Origin: Candidatus Bathyarchaeota archaeon | GTDB lineage: Archaea > Thermoproteota > Bathyarchaeia > Bathyarchaeales > Bathyarchaeaceae | Assembly: GCA_963772765.1 (NCBI GenBank) | Contig: CAVYYP010000013.1 | Location: 637,243 to 701,242, forward strand | Direction of reading: 5' to 3' | Length of the DNA stretch: 64,000 nucleotides | Shown: positions 58,240 through 64,000 of the stretch, one piece after another | How the letters are laid out: each line of letters begins with the position of its first letter | Position numbering within the stretch: position 1 is the stretch's first letter | Program-made: the position numbers and the translations under genes | The notes under the pieces: model-generated | Database searches by the model: none | The model's input: the letters and a program-made list of their open reading frames with translations, nothing else | Told to the model about the DNA's origin: nothing

Positions 58240-58818
58240 ATGAGAAAAGTTGAAGCAAAAAGGAAAACCAAAGAAGTAGACATAACCCTAGAGCTAAATG
58301 TTGACGGAAAAGGAAACTCAGATGTTGAAACGGGCATCAAGTTTCTTGACCACATGCTAGTCACCCTAGCCCGTCATGGATTGTTCGATTTGAATGTCAA
58401 AGCCAAAGGAGACCTAAAGCATCACACAAGCGAAGATGTAGCCTTGGTGCTGGGCGAGGCACTAAACAAGGCAGTAAACACGGGCAAGGGCATCAAACGT
58501 TTCGGATCAGCATATGTTCCCATGGACGAAGCACTGGCAAGAGCCACAGTTGACCTTGGCGGAAGAGCATACTGCATACGAAACTTGAGAAACATGCAAG
58601 ACCAGATAGAAGACCTGAAGACCGAGGACATTGAGCACTTCTTTGAGTCGTTGGCTCAGGCTGCAAAGGCAAATATTCACATTACTGTTCTTTACGGCAC
58701 CAATGAGCACCACAAAATAGAGGCAGCAGTAAAGGCGCTAGCCCTAGCCCTACGCGAAGCACTTACACTGGAGCCGAGGGTCGGAGATCAGGTTCCGAGC
58801 GCAAAGGGGGTTCTATAG
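58240..58818 (+). CDS. hisB: imidazoleglycerol-phosphate dehydratase
   Basis: 192 aa. Contains RKTKEVDITLELN, GDLKHHTSEDV and NEHHKIEA. Confidence 0.92.
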   Translation: MRKVEAKRKTKEVDITLELNVDGKGNSDVETGIKFLDHMLVTLARHGLFDLNVKAKGDLKHHTSEDVALVLGEALNKAVNTGKGIKRFGSAYVPMDEALARATVDLGGRAYCIRNLRNMQDQIEDLKTEDIEHFFESLAQAAKANIHITVLYGTNEHHKIEAAVKALALALREALTLEPRVGDQVPSAKGVL

Positions 58819-58838
58819 CAATACCACAGGTAGCAGTT

Positions 58839-59429
58839 GTGAACTATGGCGTAGGAAACCTGAGAAGCATCCGAAAAGGACTCGAAAAGTCGGGAGCCCA
58901 CGTCAAAATCACACACACCCCAACAGACCTGCGCGCCTCTGATGCTATAGTTCTTCCTGGAGTTGGCGCATTTGCTCCTGCAGTAAAAAACATGGCACCA
59001 ATAGCCGATGTCGTAGCAGAAGCAATGAACAACGGAAAACCAATCTTCGGAGTATGCCTAGGACTACAGCTTCTGTTTACACAGAGCAGCGAAGGCGGAA
59101 CAGTCAAGGGATTGGACTTTATTTCGGGAAATGTTGTCAAGCTGCCTGACACGGTGAAGACGCCTCAGATGGGCTGGAACACAATCGACTTCGCCAAATC
59201 GCACCCCCTTCTTGATGGAGTTAACGACCATTCTTACGTCTATTTTGTTCACTCATTCTATCCGCAGCCCACAGACCCGGACACGGTAGTGACGACTACG
59301 CAGTATGGTATCAAGTTTGCTTCAATGGTTGCCAAAAAGAACCTGTTTGCGACGCAGTTTCACCCTGAAAAGAGCAGCAAGACAGGGTTGACCATGCTGA
59401 AGAACTTTGTGAAAATAGTGAAGAGGTAA
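58839..59429 (+). CDS. hisH: imidazole glycerol phosphate synthase, glutaminase subunit
   Basis: Contains YGVGNLRSI, GVCLGLQLL (catalytic Cys) and QFHPEKS. The GTG start at 58839 leaves an unusually short N-terminus, so the true start may lie upstream (see findings). Confidence 0.88.
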   Translation: MNYGVGNLRSIRKGLEKSGAHVKITHTPTDLRASDAIVLPGVGAFAPAVKNMAPIADVVAEAMNNGKPIFGVCLGLQLLFTQSSEGGTVKGLDFISGNVVKLPDTVKTPQMGWNTIDFAKSHPLLDGVNDHSYVYFVHSFYPQPTDPDTVVTTTQYGIKFASMVAKKNLFATQFHPEKSSKTGLTMLKNFVKIVKR

Positions 59430-59436
59430 AACGTTA

Positions 59437-60156
59437 ATGATTGTGATTCCTGCTGTTGACATCCTTGACGGAAAGTGCGTTCGATTGTTTCGGGGCGACC
59501 CAGAAAAAAGCAAGGTCTACTACGAAGACCCACTCGAAGCAGCAAAACTGCTAGAGGATGAGGGAGCAGAGCTTATTCACATAATTGACCTGGACGCGGC
59601 GCTTGGCTCTGGAGATAACACTGCTGCAATTAAACGGATCCTAGAAAACACTAACGTGAAGGCAGAGATTGGTGGAGGCATCAGGAGTTTAGAGAAGGCT
59701 GAGAGTTTGCTGAAACTTGGTGCTTATAGGGTGATTTTCGGGACTGCGGCAGTTACGAGTCCAGATTTGATTAGGCAGGCGGTCAAGCGTTTTGGTTCAC
59801 GGAGTGTTGCTGTGGCGATAGATGAGAATGAGGGCAAGGTTGCTGTTCATGGCTGGAAGAACAAGTCGGAAGTGGATTATGTTGACCTTGCCAAATCTTT
59901 TGAGGCTATGGATGTTGGAGCACTGATTTTTACTCCAATTAGTGTTGATGGAACGTTGAAGGGTCCAATGGTTGAGAAGACGAGGAGGCTGGTGGAGATT
60001 ATTGGTGTTCCTATTGTGGCTTCTGGCGGCGTTGCCGAGCTGGGGGATTTGGTTGAGTTGGCGAAGACGGGTGTTGAGGGTGTTGTGATTGGTCGTGCGA
60101 TTTATGAGAAAAAGTTTACTGTTAGAGAAGCGTTGGAGGTTGTGAAAAAGTGTTAG
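59437..60156 (+). CDS. hisA: ProFAR isomerase
   Basis: Contains MIVIPAVDILDGKCVRL and GGGIRS. Confidence 0.92.
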   Translation: MIVIPAVDILDGKCVRLFRGDPEKSKVYYEDPLEAAKLLEDEGAELIHIIDLDAALGSGDNTAAIKRILENTNVKAEIGGGIRSLEKAESLLKLGAYRVIFGTAAVTSPDLIRQAVKRFGSRSVAVAIDENEGKVAVHGWKNKSEVDYVDLAKSFEAMDVGALIFTPISVDGTLKGPMVEKTRRLVEIIGVPIVASGGVAELGDLVELAKTGVEGVVIGRAIYEKKFTVREALEVVKKC

Positions 60157-60959
60157 CTAAAAGAATTGTTCCCTGCCTTGATGTCATGGACGGCAAAGTG
60201 GTTAAGGGTGTAAAGTTTGTGAACCTGAAAGTGGAGGGTGACCCTGCGGAGCTTGCGGCAGATTATGAGGAGCAGGGCGCCGATGAGGTAGTGTTTCTTG
60301 ACATTACGGCGTCTCATGAGAAACGTGACACAACATTGGAGGTTGTGAAAAGGACTGCAGACATGATTTCCATTCCCTTCACTGTAGGCGGCGGTATCAG
60401 GAACATTACTGATATTCAGAATGCGCTGTCTAGTGGTGCGGACAAGGTGTCCGTGAATACGGCGGCTGTGAATAATCCGAAGCTTGTTTCTGAGTCGGCT
60501 GCGGTTTTTGGTAGTCAATGTATTGTTGTTGCCATCGACGCGAAACGGGTCTACGTTGAAGATGACCTGCCAGACAAGACGGTTATTGAGACTAAGGAGG
60601 GCAAGTGCTGGTGGGACGTTTACCTTGAAGGTGGAAGAAAGCCCACGGGAATTGATGCGATTTCTTGGGCTAAAACTGTCAAAGAGTTGGGTGCGGGTGA
60701 GCTTTTGCCTACTAGCATGGATTGTGATGGCGTTCAGCAGGGCTATGATTTGGAGTTGACACGGGCGATGAGTGAGGCTACGAATTTGCCGATTATTGCG
60801 AGTGGTGGTGCGGGCAGTCTTGAGCACATCTATGACGTTTTGACAGTTGGGGAGGCTGATGCTGCTTTGGCGGCTTCGATTTTTCATAGGTCTCAGTATT
60901 CTGTGGGAGAAGTTAAGAGGTACCTTGCAGAGAAAGGAGTGCCGATGCGTCTAGTATAA
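60150..60959 (+). CDS. hisF: imidazole glycerol phosphate synthase, cyclase subunit
   Basis: Contains KRIVPCLDV, DEVVFLDITAS and TVGGGIR. Confidence 0.95.
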   Translation: MLAKRIVPCLDVMDGKVVKGVKFVNLKVEGDPAELAADYEEQGADEVVFLDITASHEKRDTTLEVVKRTADMISIPFTVGGGIRNITDIQNALSSGADKVSVNTAAVNNPKLVSESAAVFGSQCIVVAIDAKRVYVEDDLPDKTVIETKEGKCWWDVYLEGGRKPTGIDAISWAKTVKELGAGELLPTSMDCDGVQQGYDLELTRAMSEATNLPIIASGGAGSLEHIYDVLTVGEADAALAASIFHRSQYSVGEVKRYLAEKGVPMRLV

Positions 60960-60974
60960 AGGAGATGAAAAAAG

Positions 60975-61643
60975 GTGTTGAAGCTTAACAAAAAAGAGAT
61001 TGACGAGTTCATAACGAAAGTTGATTTCAAGAAGGGTGATGGTCTTGTTCCTGCAGTTGTTCAGGAGGCATCAAACGGCACTGTGCTGATGCAGGCATAC
61101 ATGAACGAAGAAGCGCTTAGGTTGACGTTGTCTAGCGGCAAGATGCACTACTGGAGCAGAACAAAAGGCAGAATCTGGATGAAAGGTGAAGAATCCAAGC
61201 ACTACTCTATTGTAGAGAATGCTGCTTTGGATTGTGATGATGATGCGATTTTGTTTAAGGTTCAGCAGGTAGGCGTAGTCTGCCACACAGGAGAAGAAAC
61301 ATGCTTCTACAAGCCAATAAAAGCTGACACAGAGGCGTCTGTTGATTCTAGGATGCTTGAAAGACTCTTTGAGGTCATTAAAGAGCGGATACGGAATCCG
61401 AATGAGGCGTCTTATGTGTCTCGTTTGACTTCTAAGGGCGAGGATGCTGTTCTTCAGAAGGTCGGCGAAGAGGCTGTCGAGTTTATTCTTGCAATGAAAT
61501 CGGACAATCCAAAAGAGGCAACCCTAGAAGCCGCGGACGTTGTCTTTCATATGCTGGTGTCTTTTGCACAGAAAGGCTATGACCTAAACAGCATATTCGA
61601 AGAACTGGACCAGAGGCACAAAAAGAAAACAGGCGCCCAGTAG
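60975..61643 (+). CDS. hisI: bifunctional phosphoribosyl-AMP cyclohydrolase / phosphoribosyl-ATP pyrophosphatase
   Basis: The N-terminal half has LVPAVVQ...MQAYMNEEAL..T...HYWSRT (HisI). The C-terminal half has KVGEEAVEF...EAADVVFHMLV (HisE). Confidence 0.9.
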   Translation: MLKLNKKEIDEFITKVDFKKGDGLVPAVVQEASNGTVLMQAYMNEEALRLTLSSGKMHYWSRTKGRIWMKGEESKHYSIVENAALDCDDDAILFKVQQVGVVCHTGEETCFYKPIKADTEASVDSRMLERLFEVIKERIRNPNEASYVSRLTSKGEDAVLQKVGEEAVEFILAMKSDNPKEATLEAADVVFHMLVSFAQKGYDLNSIFEELDQRHKKKTGAQ

Positions 61644-61692
61644 TTCTGCTCTAGACCATGGTTTTGGGAAAAGCTTTTAGAAAACCCAGAAT

Positions 61693-62784
61693 ATGCCTGT
61701 ATGTAACAGGGTTTTGGCTGGGCAGGCAATGAGTTGGGAAGAAACATTAGACAAGTATAGTGCAGTAATCGAAGAGCACCTCAAAGAGTTTCTTTTGGAA
61801 GCAACCAAAGAGGCAGAAGAATATCATCCGTTTATTGGGAATGTTTATGGTGATATTTCGGAGTTTGTGCTTCGTAAAGGCAAACGTTTGGCATCGTGCA
61901 GCACGTTACTGACCTACAAGGGCTACACAGGAAAAGTTGACGAAAAAATTCTCAAAGTCTGCGTTGGAGTTGAACTCTACCGCCACGCCATACTGATTCA
62001 TGACGACCTAGTGGACATGGACGAACACCGAAGAGGCAAAGAAACAATGCACATCGGCTTCACTAACCGCTACAGCCCCTACGATGTACGGTTCGGAGAA
62101 GGCACAGCCGTCTTTGCTGGAAACATCGCCTATGCCCTAGCTGTTAGGGCAATTATGGAATCAGGTTTCTCCGAAGAGTCCGTTACCAGGATTTTGTGCC
62201 TGACTTCCGAGGGTTACCGTGCAGTGAATGAGAGCCAGATTCTTGATTTGATGTTTGAACAAAAAGACGTAACCGAAAAAGAATGGACAATTATGGCAAG
62301 CAAACGGGCAGCTTCCCTCTTCAAAGTAACGTTAGTCACAGGAGCCATACTTGCAGACGCCCCAGAAACTGACTTAACAACCCTAGCAGAGGCAGCAGAA
62401 CATATGGGATTCTCATTTGACATCCAAGACGACATCATCGACACCTTCGCCGAAAAAGAAGAATACGGCAAATCATCATGCTTGGACATCTCCAAAAACA
62501 AAAAGCCCCTGCACATTGTGCTTGCCTTGAACTCAAAAGACGTTAAACATTCTGAAGCCTTGAAGTGCCTCATGGGTAAACAGTTTCTAAGTTTTGGAGA
62601 AAAAGACCTAGCACGACAAATCATCCGAGAAAGCGGCGCCCTAGACGAAGCAAAACAGTCATCAAGAAATCACGCACAACAAGCAAAAACACAACTCAAC
62701 AAAACAACCCTGACAGACGACATCAAACAATTCTTCAACAGCTTCATAACATACATAGAACAAAGCCTAGACTGGTACAAATAA
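61693..62784 (+). CDS. polyprenyl (e.g. geranylgeranyl) diphosphate synthase family
   Basis: The first Asp-rich motif is LIHDDLVDMD and the second is FDIQDDIID. Confidence 0.8.
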   Translation: MPVCNRVLAGQAMSWEETLDKYSAVIEEHLKEFLLEATKEAEEYHPFIGNVYGDISEFVLRKGKRLASCSTLLTYKGYTGKVDEKILKVCVGVELYRHAILIHDDLVDMDEHRRGKETMHIGFTNRYSPYDVRFGEGTAVFAGNIAYALAVRAIMESGFSEESVTRILCLTSEGYRAVNESQILDLMFEQKDVTEKEWTIMASKRAASLFKVTLVTGAILADAPETDLTTLAEAAEHMGFSFDIQDDIIDTFAEKEEYGKSSCLDISKNKKPLHIVLALNSKDVKHSEALKCLMGKQFLSFGEKDLARQIIRESGALDEAKQSSRNHAQQAKTQLNKTTLTDDIKQFFNSFITYIEQSLDWYK

Positions 62785-62820
62785 CCGAAAAACAAAAAAT
62801 TGAACACTGATTATGCTGTA

Positions 62821-62909
62821 TTTCGCACGTTCATGCTCCTATTTGGAGCCTATTAGGAACCTAATAATAGCGCTATGTTGAAAACAGTCTTTTTCATAAA
62901 ATCGCTGCG
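62821..62909 (-). repeat. copy B of the ~90-bp non-coding element (inverted relative to 16872-16960)
   Basis: See copy A. The shared 20-mer appears here as CCTATTTGGAGCCTATTAGG on the + strand. Confidence 0.6.
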
Positions 62910-63036
62910 ATGATAGGGTCCGTTGCTGGTCTAGATTTTTTCCGTCCAAAGACGTCACCCAATTGATGTAATATGATGGTCCAAAATCGACATGAGTCGT
63001 GTTACAATAACTCCAGAATGGACAAACACGCCATAA

Positions 63037-63228
63037 CTACTTGTCACAGCTTTTGGTTGCAAAAATAAGCACAATTCCTGCAGTCAGAAGTATGGCTTCA
63101 AAGAATTCGTGGTGAAGCATGTCTCCTACGTCAAAGAGTCTGCCCGTTATCCAGACGTGGTGAATGACGCCCAGAATTGCTAGCAAAACAAGTATGCCTC
63201 CTATGATTAAGCCGTCAGTTTTCTTCAT
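63037..63228 (-). CDS. small two-TM membrane protein
   Basis: 63 aa with two hydrophobic helices. Confidence 0.4.
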   Translation of the reverse strand: MKKTDGLIIGGILVLLAILGVIHHVWITGRLFDVGDMLHHEFFEAILLTAGIVLIFATKSCDK

Positions 63229-63374
63229 TGTTCATCGAAAACAACATGGCAACTTTTGCTTATAACAACGATGTTTCCGAAAAACCAAACACAGCAGCAA
63301 AATCAAATATACTAATTGTTTCATGAAAAGGTTTATTTTTTCATACCAAAATCATAAACCACAGGTGCACCAAC

Positions 63375-63977
63375 TTGAAGGAACCCTTCGACGAATTCGT
63401 AAAAAAAGAACTAGCCCCAAACATCCTATTAATCACTTGCGGACTTCCAGGAACATACAAAACAGAAACCTCACAAGAAATCCAAAAAATCAAAGGCTAC
63501 CCCATCCTAAGAACAGACATAATCAGACTAGAAGTCCTAAAGAACGAGGACATTTTTGACGTAAAAGTTGCAGGAAACATCAACAAGAGGATGCTAGTCT
63601 ACGACGAAATGTTCAGGCAAGCAGAAGACTTAGCCAAAAAAGGAAACGGCGTAATCCTAGATGCCACCTTTGTGACTCAAGATCTAAGACGACGGGCAGC
63701 AGAAATCGCAGCAAAAACAAACATACCTTTTGTCATACTGCAGACTAGCTGCTCCGAGGATGCGTCAATTAACAGGATTTTGAAGAGAACAAAAGAAAAC
63801 TACGAATCAAATGCCCTGACAAAAGAAGCCTACGTTGCCAACCAAAAAAAGTTCCAGTCCGTAGACATAGACCACCTGAAAGGGCTGTATCCAAGTCTGA
63901 ATGTTACTCTTTTGACTGTAGACACGGAATATGACGAGCCAGAAAAATGGTACATCATAGGAAAAGAAGTCAAATAA
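63375..63977 (+). CDS. P-loop kinase/AAA-like ATP-binding protein
   Basis: The Walker-A-like stretch ILLITCGLPGTYKTE is followed by VILDATF. 200 aa with a TTG start. Confidence 0.5.
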   Translation: MKEPFDEFVKKELAPNILLITCGLPGTYKTETSQEIQKIKGYPILRTDIIRLEVLKNEDIFDVKVAGNINKRMLVYDEMFRQAEDLAKKGNGVILDATFVTQDLRRRAAEIAAKTNIPFVILQTSCSEDASINRILKRTKENYESNALTKEAYVANQKKFQSVDIDHLKGLYPSLNVTLLTVDTEYDEPEKWYIIGKEVK

Positions 63978-64000
63978 CAACTGGACAACTGCCATGATAA

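Noticed and set aside
60153-60887. Long antisense ORFs inside strong genes, such as 60153-60887 in hisF, 2218-2784 in ilvC, 14811-15218 in ileS, 8677-9075 in ilvD and 195-985 opposite the Kelch gene
   Set aside because: Each lies opposite a gene with clear family motifs and has no motif of its own. They are typical shadow ORFs.
16872-62909. Treating the two inverted ~90-bp copies as terminal inverted repeats of a 46-kb mobile element
   Set aside because: The interval contains core genes (RNR, trpB2, the whole his operon, tRNAs) and has no transposase at its ends. A dispersed small element or a shared regulatory sequence is more plausible.

Overview
AT-rich (by eye) chromosomal window that looks archaeal. 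Evidence for that: a TrmB-type regulator, small archaeal winged-helix proteins, TrpB2, a class II RNR, and an SSV-type integrase split by integration.

The backbone is amino-acid biosynthesis and housekeeping:
- an ilv/leu cluster (ilvC, ilvN, ilvB, an isopropylmalate/citramalate synthase, ilvD)
- ileS
- a site-2 protease
- an RNR and trpB2
- a complete, compact, bacterial-style his operon: hisZ-G-D-C-(HAD)-B-H-A-F-IE

Three accessory stretches interrupt the backbone.
1. About 16.8-27.1 kb is a decaying island. It holds a 680-aa TrmB-like regulator behind duplicated operator-like repeats, a frameshifted Ca-binding tandem-repeat secreted protein, an RNase HI pseudogene, a second TrmB pseudogene, a microsatellite cluster, and a multiply frameshifted surface-protein gene.
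2. About 27.1-29.7 kb holds an orphan CRISPR-like mini-array. Its repeat ends ...GGATTGAAAC on the minus strand, and two of its 'spacers' are abnormally long (77 and 98 nt) and carry hairpins. Next to it sits a cluster of small zinc-ribbon/coiled-coil proteins. No cas gene occurs anywhere in the window.
3. 35,426-40,537 is a 5.1-kb element integrated into tRNA-Val(GAC). It has 47-bp att direct repeats and an integrase gene split into Int(N) and Int(C). Its cargo is a SIR2-like/DUF262 gene pair and an MvaI/BcnI-like restriction-modification pair. A second integrase remnant lies beside the adjacent tRNA-Ala.

Caveat: several frameshifts, including two in essential genes (leuA-like and hisZ), fall in short homopolymers. 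Some 'pseudogenes' may therefore be assembly indels. All calls rest on reading the translations and motifs by eye; no searches were run.
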